DNA of 64,000 nucleotides from Prolixibacteraceae bacterium (lineage in GTDB: Bacteria; Bacteroidota; Bacteroidia; Bacteroidales; Prolixibacteraceae). The DNA is taken from the NCBI GenBank assembly GCA_019459485.1, contig JAIBEZ010000017.1, positions 1,498-65,497 on the forward strand. The letters are read 5' to 3'. The translations under genes were made by a program, and so were the position numbers. The notes beneath the pieces were generated by a model. That model saw only the letters and a list, made by a program, of their open reading frames with translations. It had not been told where the DNA came from and did not search any database. Of the stretch, positions 55,030-64,000 are shown in pieces (position 1 is the first letter of the stretch; every line of letters starts with the position of its first letter).

Positions 55030-55064
55030 AGCAGGGGGCAGATCATAGCACTCTGCCCCCTGCT
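55030..55064. terminator. 13-bp hairpin between convergent genes (terminator or REP)
   Basis: AGCAGGGGGCAGA / TCTGCCCCCTGCT. Confidence 0.65.
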
Positions 55065-57462
55065 ATTCGTACCTCAACACTTCTACCGGATTTTTCGATG
55101 CAGCCTTAAAACTTTGCCAGCTAACGGTGAGCAATGCAATTCCCAGAGTCAGCAAACCGGCCAGCGCAAAAATCCACCAGCTTAGGTCGGTTTTGTACGC
55201 AAAGTTTTCGAGCCAACGGTTCACCACGTACCAGGCAACAGGAATGGCGATTACAAATGCAATTACTACCCATTTTATGAAAGTCAGGTTGATTAAATGA
55301 ATAATCTGACCAATGTTTGCGCCGTTTACCTTTCTTAAACTGATTTCTTTTTTGCGTTTTTCGAGGTAAAACAAAATAAGGCCGTACAAGCCAATTGTGG
55401 CAATTCCGATAGAAAGCAAAGTCAGCCAAACGTACAATTTGCTGAACCGGCTGTCGGATTCGTACTGCCTGTTAAATTGCTCGTCGGCTAAAGCGAAATC
55501 GAAATTATCTTTCGGGTAGTGGCGTGTCCAGGTAGTTTGCAGCCTGCTCAGTGTTTCCTGTAAATTTTGCGTGTTTATCCTGACCGAAAAATAACCAAAC
55601 TCGCTTGGGAAACGGTTATTCCAGATGATCGGGTAAATGGCTTTGTGCAATCCTTCGTGATGAAAGTCGGCCACCACGCCTTCAATCTTCAGTGGAGTGG
55701 TGATATTTTCCTTCCTGAAAATTTCTTTGCCAACAGCTTCTTCAGGAGAACCGAAACCCAGCAGTTTCATGCTCGATTCGTTCAAAATAACACGGTTCAG
55801 ATTTTGTGCTTCGTTCTCGCTGAAATCGTTTCCTGCCAGCAATTTCAGCCCGTAAGTTTTAATAAAACCGCGACCGGCGTTGTTCTCCAGAATCTGGTTG
55901 TCGGGCGATTTTCCTTGCATAGGGTTATTAAATTCGCGGAATCCGAACCCCGGCTCCTGGCCTGGCACAAATTGGTTAAAAGTTACACCTTCAACACTGG
56001 TCTGACTTTGGAGATCGCTGCGAAAACCTTCGTAACGCTTCCGCTTGTTGCCATCGGCATTCAGCGATGCCGGTCCGGTCAATACCACCACATCATTCAG
56101 CGCCACGCCCAAATCTTTGTTTTTCATGAATGAGATTTGCTTGTAAACCACCAGTGTGCCGATCAGGAAAATGATTGAAAGCGCCATTTGTACAACCACC
56201 AGTCCGCTCTTTAGCTTTCCGCCTCCAACATGTTTCTGGTCGGGTAAAATTTTAATTCGTGTCAGCTCAATTCCATGGTACATTCCTGAAAAAAATATTC
56301 CTCCTGAAACAGTGAGTACAGAAATGAGAATAACATACCCGATCGGGATATGAGCCTGGTTAACCGGAATGTTAAAAACCGAAGCAACAGAATTCTGCAG
56401 AATAAAATAAAGCAGAAAAGAGATGACCAATGCGGCGATATTCAGAATAGAACTTTCGGCCAGAGATTGGTGCCAGAGATGAAAATCGGAAGCGCCGATT
56501 AATTTGCGAGTGCGAATTTGGACCGATCGCGACTGGGCGTGTGCCACCGAAAGGTTCACGTAATTGATCCAGGCGATGAAAAGGGTAATTACCGCAATTA
56601 CTATCAGGTTGATGAGCGACGAATAGTTTGTAATGGCGCCCATTTCGCCCTCTATTCCCTGAATAAAATGCAGTTTTTTAAGTGGTTGCAATGAATATTT
56701 TGCGTCGCGTTTGTCTTCGGCCAGAAAACCCATGTACGACTGTATGAAACTATTGATTTTGGTTGTCGTCAATTCCGGCGAACTTCCGTCTTTGAGTCTG
56801 ATGTAATTCCACCAGCCATTCCATCGCCAATCGCCCTCAGCGTTGATAGCGCCCATTTCGACCCAGGTTTTTACCGAAACAAAATACTGTGCCTGCAAAT
56901 GCGTGTTGGGTGGCAAATCCTTGAAAACGCCGGTTATTTCAATGGGCATTCCCTGGTTTACACCCATAATTTTGCCAATCGGATTTTCATTTCCGTAGAG
57001 TGCTTTGGCGCAGGTTGCCGAAATAACACCGGTTCGCGGCCTCGAATAATCGCCAATTCCCTCGATCATTTCAAGCGGAAAGACTTTTTCAAAATCTTCG
57101 GAAACCCACAATATATCCTGATTGGCAATGTTTCGGTCCTGATAACTCACCAGACATTTTTCGAAATAGGCCAATCCATTGGCTTCAATTTCGGGGATTT
57201 CACGTTTCATGGCAAAAAACAAAGCCCGTGGAGTTTTGGCCCCGTGATAAATGGACTGCCCTTCTTTTTCAACTTCCAGGTTGACACGGTAAACATTTTC
57301 TGATTTTTGAAAAAATGAGTCGTAAGAAAACTCAAATAAAATGTAGTGAACAGCAAATAAAAACGAGGTCAGTCCGGCAATCAGTCCGATCAGGTTGATA
57401 ACACTCATGTGTTTGTATTTCAACAAGCTTCGGAAGGCAGAGATGAAAATTATTCTTAGCAT
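55063..57462 (-). CDS. Large ABC permease (two FtsX/MacB units)
   Basis: INLIGLIAG, WINYVNL, KEISLRKVNGA, NPVEVLRYE. Confidence 0.9.
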   Translation of the reverse strand: MLRIIFISAFRSLLKYKHMSVINLIGLIAGLTSFLFAVHYILFEFSYDSFFQKSENVYRVNLEVEKEGQSIYHGAKTPRALFFAMKREIPEIEANGLAYFEKCLVSYQDRNIANQDILWVSEDFEKVFPLEMIEGIGDYSRPRTGVISATCAKALYGNENPIGKIMGVNQGMPIEITGVFKDLPPNTHLQAQYFVSVKTWVEMGAINAEGDWRWNGWWNYIRLKDGSSPELTTTKINSFIQSYMGFLAEDKRDAKYSLQPLKKLHFIQGIEGEMGAITNYSSLINLIVIAVITLFIAWINYVNLSVAHAQSRSVQIRTRKLIGASDFHLWHQSLAESSILNIAALVISFLLYFILQNSVASVFNIPVNQAHIPIGYVILISVLTVSGGIFFSGMYHGIELTRIKILPDQKHVGGGKLKSGLVVVQMALSIIFLIGTLVVYKQISFMKNKDLGVALNDVVVLTGPASLNADGNKRKRYEGFRSDLQSQTSVEGVTFNQFVPGQEPGFGFREFNNPMQGKSPDNQILENNAGRGFIKTYGLKLLAGNDFSENEAQNLNRVILNESSMKLLGFGSPEEAVGKEIFRKENITTPLKIEGVVADFHHEGLHKAIYPIIWNNRFPSEFGYFSVRINTQNLQETLSRLQTTWTRHYPKDNFDFALADEQFNRQYESDSRFSKLYVWLTLLSIGIATIGLYGLILFYLEKRKKEISLRKVNGANIGQIIHLINLTFIKWVVIAFVIAIPVAWYVVNRWLENFAYKTDLSWWIFALAGLLTLGIALLTVSWQSFKAASKNPVEVLRYE

Positions 57463-57506
57463 TGGTTTAGGTTTGAGTTTACTGCTATAAAGCTATAAAC
57501 TTTACC

Positions 57507-58427
57507 TTACCTTCGACCTGGATTATTCTGATCATTTCTGTTTCCACTGCTATTTCTTTGACTTTCAGTATTACTGTTGCTCCTCCGGGGAGTTTCGGTT
57601 GAATTTTGAATTCGCATTTGTCTGTCTACCTTCACTGGCTGACCAATGGGTACGCCGTAATAGTTTGTGTCGTGAGTTCTTCTTGTCTCCGGTGCTTTGG
57701 CAGGTTGCGGGCGGGAAGTATTATCAGTGCTCTTAGTGGAATTTAATCTGTTATTTTCGTTTTCAGTCTGTCTGTTTACCGGACTGTTAACTGGATTTTC
57801 TGCCCGATTGGCGTTATTGTTCCGGGAATTGTTGTTGGCAGAACTGTCAGTGGATTGTCTGCTGATGCCGGAATTATTCATATTCCTTTGTTGCTGACGG
57901 TCTTCTTTCGAGTATCTGAACTGACGGCCGGCTCTCAGATTTTCATCATTCCAGTTCCGTGCCCGGTCTCTTTCATTCTCTGACCAGTAAATTGCACTGC
58001 TGCTATTTTCGTTAAATCCTCTTACATAAGCAAAATTACTGCGATCGTAATAATCGCGATAGTAATATCTTGGAAAATGCGAAATATAATACTGGTGATG
58101 CATCCAGGGTTGATACATATTCGAATTCACTACGACAATAAAAGAATTATTCAGATTAAAATCCGGGTATATAGTAGGGAGATAAGGTGAATAAATCCAT
58201 TGTGCATGGTTCAGAAAAATAAATTCACGGGTGTAAATGTCGTAATAGCTTTCGATGTCGGGCAAATAGTAATAGCGTGTTCCGCCATAATAGGATGGAG
58301 CCCATTGCGGATTTTCATAATTGGTTTGTGATCCGTAAGTTCCCTGGCGGTAGGTATTACATCCGTTAAATGAGGTCATGGAAAGAAGCACAACAGCTAC
58401 TACCACCCATTTTTTAAATTTTTTCAT
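57507..58427 (-). CDS. Hypothetical lipoprotein, Tyr-rich core and R/N/S/Q-rich disordered tail
   Basis: Lipobox FNGC; PQWAPSYY..RYYYLPDIESYYD. Confidence 0.7.
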   Translation of the reverse strand: MKKFKKWVVVAVVLLSMTSFNGCNTYRQGTYGSQTNYENPQWAPSYYGGTRYYYLPDIESYYDIYTREFIFLNHAQWIYSPYLPTIYPDFNLNNSFIVVVNSNMYQPWMHHQYYISHFPRYYYRDYYDRSNFAYVRGFNENSSSAIYWSENERDRARNWNDENLRAGRQFRYSKEDRQQQRNMNNSGISRQSTDSSANNNSRNNNANRAENPVNSPVNRQTENENNRLNSTKSTDNTSRPQPAKAPETRRTHDTNYYGVPIGQPVKVDRQMRIQNSTETPRRSNSNTESQRNSSGNRNDQNNPGRR

Positions 58428-58536
58428 TTGTTGAGTTATTTAAAACAATCACAGGTAAAAGTAAGCTCAACATCACGCAAAATTTTTACATATTTCCTTT
58501 TAAAAATTACATAATTCACACATCAGTAAGTTCACA

Positions 58537-58564
58537 GTAGAGACAAGGCATGCCTTGTCTCTAC
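58537..58564. repeat. Perfect 28-bp GTAG-type REP palindrome
   Basis: GTAGAGACAAGGCATGCCTTGTCTCTAC. Confidence 0.88.
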
Positions 58565-60948
58565 TCGTACCGTAATGCCTCCACGGGGTTCTTCGTAGCA
58601 GCCCGCCAGCTTTGCCAACTCACAGTTAGCAAGGCAATTCCCAATGCCAGCATACCAGCCAGGGCAAAAATCCACCAGCTTAATTCGGTTTTGTAGGCAA
58701 AGTTTTCGAGCCATTTGTTCATGGCGTAGTACGCAACAGGTGTGGCAATTACAAAGGCGATGGCTACCCATTTCACAAAGTCGCGGTTGAGTAAGATTAA
58801 AATTTCTGAAATACGGGCGCCGTTTACTTTGCGGATACCTATTTCTTTGGTACGCTGTTGAATGGTAAACAGGATCATACCCAATATCCCAAGAATTGAA
58901 AGAAAAATAGAAATACCTGAAAGTCCGGTAATTATTTTGGCTGTGTTTATTTCTGATTTGTAATTGATACTGATCCTTTCGTCCATGAACTGGTAGCTAA
59001 ACGGCCATTGCGGAGCAATTTCTTTCCAGATACTTTCAATCTGCTTTAGTGTTGCCGAATAATCGCCACTTACCAGTTTCATCGCAATTTCATACTTGCC
59101 CCAATCCTTGATATAGTACATTACTGGTTTCGAAGCTTCTCGCAGGGTGAAATATTGCATGTCTTCGATCACTCCAATTACCTCAAGTTCATTGTTGGGT
59201 GTATCGACATTGTTTTGAACGACAATTTTTTTTCCGATAGGATCGTTCAAATTGAGCGCTTTAACAGCCGATTGGTTAATAATCATCCCTGTAGCTTTAT
59301 CGCTTGTAACATTGATGTCGAAGTTGCGGCCAGCTGCGAATTTTGCGCCTACAGTTTTCAGAAAATCGTGATCAACGGAAATTTGTCCCAAATCTGCTTT
59401 TTGGTCATTCTGGTTAGGCAACCATACGGGCGAAAAATTATTGATGCTATTGCCAGGAGCATTTTGTGCAACACCGATACTTTGTATCATGGGCAAATTG
59501 CCCAGTTTTTGCCTGAACAGATCATAACGTTCATTCATCCCTTCAGTATATGGGTTGTAAACGATCAGGGTATTTTCTTTATCGAAGCCTGTTTTCGTAT
59601 TCATTACCAGTTGAAGCTGGTTGTTGATCACAATAGTTGAAGCAATTAACAGGGTGGCTATGGCCAATTGGAAGGTAACGAAAGCGCCTCTTAACCATTG
59701 CTGTTTTTGCTGACTCTTTACCTTAATGATACTTAGCTGGTTTTTGAGTGCTTCGGCAGGTTTTATGGAATTCAGGAAAACAATTGGATAGATGGACGAT
59801 AAAATGATGGACGTGGCAAGCAATGCCAGGCCGGGAATCAGCACCGACCAGTTAATCGACAATAACTTACCGCTTAGGTTATTGACAACCGGTAACATCA
59901 GAGAAGTTAGGACCATTGACAACAGAAAGGCGGACAGAAGGAAAACCGACGTTTCAAGAACCTGATCGGCAATGACGGAATATCCTGAAGCTCCATTAAC
60001 CCGTTGAATGCTGGTTTCTTTTGCTTTTCGCCGGCAATCGGCTGTAAGCACATTGATGTAGTTGGCAATTGCTATTCCCAGAATGAGTAAAGCAATCATA
60101 ACCAAACCATAGACTACCTGGATGTCGCCTTTTAGTGCGTTATCCCAGCGTGTGCCAACCGACTTCAAATGAATGTCGGCTATTGGTTCCAGGTACATTT
60201 CAAATTCCATCTTGTTTTTGTCAATTCCATTTCCTTCGGCAAAAAGATTGGCCAACTGGGTTTCTATTTCCTTCTTGTTTACTGCATCGGGTATGAGCAG
60301 ATAATAGTAAAAAGCTGACATGTACCATTTGGTGAGCAAATCGCTGTTTGAGGTCTGGTAACTTGCCACTGGGGCAAGGAAATTCATGGTAAAATGCGAT
60401 TGTCTGGGTAGGTCTTTCACAACCGCAGAAACTGTAAAGTCCTGATCGTCTTGCCTGATTATCTTTCCGATCGGATTTGCACTGCCAAAATATTTTTGAG
60501 CAGTCGATAGGTTGATTATAACATTCAATGGTTTTGCCAATGCTTCTCTGGGGTCGCCCAACAGGAAATCAAATTGAAGAATATCAAGGATTTCAGGATC
60601 GGCAAACAAGAAACTGGTTTCGGTGTAGGTTGTATTGTCAATCGAAATAAACCGTTCGCCCATATAGGTCTGAAATCTTGTATATTTTTCAATCCCCGGA
60701 ATTTTAGTGAATTTTTCGGTGAAGACAGCCGGGAATAGACAATTCTTATAACTTTTGTCTTTCGACTGAAGATTAAGACGGTAGGTGTGGGCGAAATTTG
60801 CGTTGTGCTTGTCGAACGACAATTCGTCTGCAACAAAAAGGTACACCAAAATACAACAGCTAAAAGCCATCGTAAAACTGATCAACACAAACGAAGTCGT
60901 CAATCTTCGGTTGATCAGATGCCTGAAAATGGTTCTAATTTTCTTCAT
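58561..60948 (-). CDS. Large ABC permease (two FtsX/MacB units)
   Basis: IANYIN, KEIGIRKVNGA, NPVEALRYE. Confidence 0.9.
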   Translation of the reverse strand: MKKIRTIFRHLINRRLTTSFVLISFTMAFSCCILVYLFVADELSFDKHNANFAHTYRLNLQSKDKSYKNCLFPAVFTEKFTKIPGIEKYTRFQTYMGERFISIDNTTYTETSFLFADPEILDILQFDFLLGDPREALAKPLNVIINLSTAQKYFGSANPIGKIIRQDDQDFTVSAVVKDLPRQSHFTMNFLAPVASYQTSNSDLLTKWYMSAFYYYLLIPDAVNKKEIETQLANLFAEGNGIDKNKMEFEMYLEPIADIHLKSVGTRWDNALKGDIQVVYGLVMIALLILGIAIANYINVLTADCRRKAKETSIQRVNGASGYSVIADQVLETSVFLLSAFLLSMVLTSLMLPVVNNLSGKLLSINWSVLIPGLALLATSIILSSIYPIVFLNSIKPAEALKNQLSIIKVKSQQKQQWLRGAFVTFQLAIATLLIASTIVINNQLQLVMNTKTGFDKENTLIVYNPYTEGMNERYDLFRQKLGNLPMIQSIGVAQNAPGNSINNFSPVWLPNQNDQKADLGQISVDHDFLKTVGAKFAAGRNFDINVTSDKATGMIINQSAVKALNLNDPIGKKIVVQNNVDTPNNELEVIGVIEDMQYFTLREASKPVMYYIKDWGKYEIAMKLVSGDYSATLKQIESIWKEIAPQWPFSYQFMDERISINYKSEINTAKIITGLSGISIFLSILGILGMILFTIQQRTKEIGIRKVNGARISEILILLNRDFVKWVAIAFVIATPVAYYAMNKWLENFAYKTELSWWIFALAGMLALGIALLTVSWQSWRAATKNPVEALRYE

Positions 60949-60972
60949 GATTCCATTGTTTTACTTCATTTA

Positions 60973-63360
60973 TTATTCATACCTCAAGGCCTCCACCGGA
61001 TTTCGGGTAGCTGCTTTCCATGATTGAAATGAAACAGTTAGCAGCGCAATTCCCAATACCAGCAAGCCAGCCAGGACAAAAATCCACCAGCTTAATTCAG
61101 TTTTGTAGGCAAAGCTTTCAAGCCACTTGTTCATGGCAAACCAGGCTAGGGGAGTAGCAATCACAAAAGCGATGGCAACCCATTTTGCAAAGTCCTTGTT
61201 GAGCATAGTCATTACTTCCGATATTTTGGCTCCATTTACCTTGCGGATGCCGATTTCTTTTCTTCGCTGATCAGCTGAATACAGAGCCAGTCCAAAAAGT
61301 CCAAGACATGCGATAAGGATGGAGAGAATACTGAAATAGCCGAATATCAAATTGATTTTCCGTTCAGATGAATAAAGATGATCGTAGGTTTGATCCAAAA
61401 AATGAAACTCAAAGGGAGCGTCTGCATTGAGGCGCTTCCATGTTTTCTCAATAAATGAGAGGGTTTCAGTCTGTTTTGTCCCATTCAGTTTTATCAATAT
61501 TATACCCGTCAACCCAGCTTCTGCCTGGATATTTTGCATGATGTGAAAGACCTGTGGATTTGGCTTTTCATGCAATGATTTGAAATTGGTATTTTTTATA
61601 ATTCCAACGATTGTTCCTGACTTGTTCCAGGTTGCAAATTTTTTCCCAATCGGAGATTTCAGAGCAGTTTGTCTGACGGCTTCTTCGTTTAAAATGAAAG
61701 CATTAGAAGCGTCACCGGGAAACGTTTCTGAAAAGCTTCGGCCAGCCGACAAGCTGATGTTGAGTACTTCAAAATATTGATAATCGACACCGGTTAATTC
61801 CATCATTACTTGTTGTCCCGGTTTTTTATCGTCCCAATAAAAATCAACAAGGTTGCGCAGTGTGGTGGTTGGGAGACAGTCTTTTGCCGATACTGCTAAA
61901 ACATCCGGGTTTTTCAGAAGTTCCTCTTTCATTGTTTTATACCGACTTGCCGAATTTCCGGTGATGGGAACATGAACAATATTTTCTTTCTGAAAGCCTA
62001 GTTTTTTATCCTGAATATATTGCAACTGCTTATAAAAGATAAATGTGCCTGTTATCAGAATGATTGAAATGGCAAACTGAAATATGACAAGTGAAGACCG
62101 CAAATTGCTTGTTTTAAGAGAACCGTGAACCTGCGATTTTAACGTTTTTATCGGACTAAATGAGGAAAGGCTAAATGCCGGATAAAAACCATCCAGCAAA
62201 GTGGTCACCAACAGTATTGTAAGATAAAGAAAGGTATTCTCTGCATGATTAACAACGAGTGTTTTCCCGCTGATCTGATTGAACCAAGGCAATAACAGAT
62301 TTACCACATTTATTGCAACTAACAGGGCGATCATGTTTACCAGGAAAAATTCACCCATAAACTGTAATCTAAGCTGACCTTTGGAAGAACCCATTACTTT
62401 CTTCAATCCAATCTCACGCGTTCTTCCGCCGGATTGAGCAATTGAGAGATTCATGAAATTGATGCAGGCAAGAAGGAGAATAAAAAATGCGATGCACGAA
62501 AAAATGTAAACAATATTCCTATCCTCAACAACGGTAAAGTCACCTAAAAAGTGATGATTCGAAATATCAGCACTCAAATGGCATTGCGCCAAGGGTTGTA
62601 ACTCAAATTTATTCCAGAAACTGAGTAACTCGATAGGTAATTTATCCTTTGCTATCAGATTAATTTTTTCATTGGTTGCAGCAATATTTGCTTTTGGTGC
62701 GATTTGCAGATAAGTGGTATAATTAAATGCGCACCAATTATTTACGTCGGATGCCATGATTGCCTCCAAAAGGCAAAAAGGCATCACAAAATCAAATTTC
62801 AGGTGGGAATTCATTGGAATGTCTTTGATCACCCCAGTTACAACCGATGCGCTTTTTCCGTCAATATTGATGGTCTTGTTAATGGGGTCGCTGTTTCCAA
62901 AATATTTTTTAGCCAGCGTTTCAGTAATGATTACATTAGAAGGTGCGGAAAGTGCTGTTGCCGGATTTCCTTCTAAAAAAGGAAAATTGAAGATGGAAAA
63001 GAACTGTGGGTCAACAACTATTCCATTGTCTTCGGTGAAGATATTTGTCTCCTGCTTAAAAACCAAACCTGGAAGTTTAAAAATACGGGTGAAACTGCTA
63101 ATTTCAGGAATCTTAGCGGTTACCTCCGGTGCCAGCATTGCCGGAGTGCGAGAATTTCTACCGTCTTTATCATCCTGAACGATTCGGTAAATTTGGCTTC
63201 CATTCTTATGAAACTGGTCAAAATTCAACTCATCCTGAACCCATAACAAAATTAAGATGGTACAGACAATTCCAATTGAAAGTCCGAAAACATTGATGAA
63301 AGAAAAGGTTTTGTTCTTTAGCAGGTTTCGCAATGCTATTTTCAGATTGTTCGAAAACAT
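60973..63360 (-). CDS. Large ABC permease (two FtsX/MacB units)
   Basis: INVFGLSIG, ACINFMNL, KEIGIRKVNGA, NPVEALRYE. Confidence 0.92.
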   Translation of the reverse strand: MFSNNLKIALRNLLKNKTFSFINVFGLSIGIVCTILILLWVQDELNFDQFHKNGSQIYRIVQDDKDGRNSRTPAMLAPEVTAKIPEISSFTRIFKLPGLVFKQETNIFTEDNGIVVDPQFFSIFNFPFLEGNPATALSAPSNVIITETLAKKYFGNSDPINKTINIDGKSASVVTGVIKDIPMNSHLKFDFVMPFCLLEAIMASDVNNWCAFNYTTYLQIAPKANIAATNEKINLIAKDKLPIELLSFWNKFELQPLAQCHLSADISNHHFLGDFTVVEDRNIVYIFSCIAFFILLLACINFMNLSIAQSGGRTREIGLKKVMGSSKGQLRLQFMGEFFLVNMIALLVAINVVNLLLPWFNQISGKTLVVNHAENTFLYLTILLVTTLLDGFYPAFSLSSFSPIKTLKSQVHGSLKTSNLRSSLVIFQFAISIILITGTFIFYKQLQYIQDKKLGFQKENIVHVPITGNSASRYKTMKEELLKNPDVLAVSAKDCLPTTTLRNLVDFYWDDKKPGQQVMMELTGVDYQYFEVLNISLSAGRSFSETFPGDASNAFILNEEAVRQTALKSPIGKKFATWNKSGTIVGIIKNTNFKSLHEKPNPQVFHIMQNIQAEAGLTGIILIKLNGTKQTETLSFIEKTWKRLNADAPFEFHFLDQTYDHLYSSERKINLIFGYFSILSILIACLGLFGLALYSADQRRKEIGIRKVNGAKISEVMTMLNKDFAKWVAIAFVIATPLAWFAMNKWLESFAYKTELSWWIFVLAGLLVLGIALLTVSFQSWKAATRNPVEALRYE

Positions 63361-63397
63361 AGTGACTCCTCCTCATTAGTTTTTAAAACTTCATTTA

Positions 63398-64000
63398 TTA
63401 TTCATACCGTAACGCTTCCACCGGGTTCCTCGTGGCAGCCCGCCAACTTTGCCAGCTCACCGTCAACAATGCAATTCCCAATACCAGCAAGCCAGCCAGG
63501 GCAAAAATCCACCAGCTCAAATCGGTTTTGTAAGCATAGCTTTCGAGCCATTTCCTCATGACAACCCATGCAATGGGTGTTGCAATTACAAAAGCAATGG
63601 CGACCCATTTTACGAAGTCTTTGTTCAGCATCGCAAGTACTTCTGAGATTGTGGCACCGTTTACTTTCCGAATACCTATTTCCTTGATCCGGCGCTGACT
63701 GGCAAAGAGCGACATGGCTAAAATTCCCATACAGCAAATCACAATAGCACTTCCGGCGAAAAGCGAGAAAGTGCGCCGAAATTGAAGTTCAGACTGGTAC
63801 ATATTTTCAATAGCCTGATCGAAAAAGCTGATTTCAACCGGAAAAGAAGGGGAAAGGCCGGCGGCGGCTGCTTTGAGTTCCTGAATGGTTTTGTGAAGTG
63901 AATTGAAATCGTTGGTTTGCAGTTTGACCAGACAATAGGATGCATCCGGTTCATTTTGGATGATCAATGCTGCGATGGGCTGGTCGACCGCTTTGTAATG
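63398..64000 (-). CDS. Large ABC permease, C-terminal part (cut by the window edge)
   Basis: Frame stays open to 64000 (HYKAVDQPIAALIIQ...); KEIGIRKVNGA, NPVEALRYE. Confidence 0.85.
   Translation of the reverse strand, partial: HYKAVDQPIAALIIQNEPDASYCLVKLQTNDFNSLHKTIQELKAAAAGLSPSFPVEISFFDQAIENMYQSELQFRRTFSLFAGSAIVICCMGILAMSLFASQRRIKEIGIRKVNGATISEVLAMLNKDFVKWVAIAFVIATPIAWVVMRKWLESYAYKTDLSWWIFALAGLLVLGIALLTVSWQSWRAATRNPVEALRYE

Noticed and set aside
1-64000. tRNA, rRNA, IS transposase, integrase or prophage genes
   Set aside because: None recognised in the intergenic spaces or in the ORF track.

Overview
A 64-kb chromosomal window from a Bacteroidota organism, probably Prolixibacteraceae/Marinilabiliales-like (inferred from protein families, TAnnTTTG promoters and a T9SS-type C-terminal domain). 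Housekeeping genes (rnr, rplM-rpsI-rpsB-tsf, purD, corA, U32 peptidase, S41 protease, PatB-like lyase) alternate with accessory blocks: a PlcP/LpxH-like phosphoesterase plus glycosyltransferase pair, an orphan hydF, a MacAB-TolC-type efflux operon, a GlxA/VOC cluster, two toxin-antitoxin modules and a tandem array of large ABC permeases that runs off the right edge. I saw no rRNA, tRNA, CRISPR array, transposase or integrase, but intergenic spaces hold many REP/MITE-like palindromes and short periodic inverted repeats. The strongest leads are: (1) an operon with a membrane-anchored tetraheme NapC/NirT cytochrome fused to a non-catalytic FGE-like domain, followed by a Tat lipoprotein oxidoreductase and a Tat TIM-barrel enzyme, divergent from a sugar kinase and CBM9-like gene; (2) hydF bracketed by two 57-bp copies of the upstream gene's 3' end that differ mostly at synonymous sites; (3) a NikR-like regulator lacking three of the four nickel ligands; (4) a uORF plus alternative helices in the corA leader; (5) a hicA frameshifted by one base next to an intact hicB. 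All family assignments come from motif recognition by eye; no searches were run.
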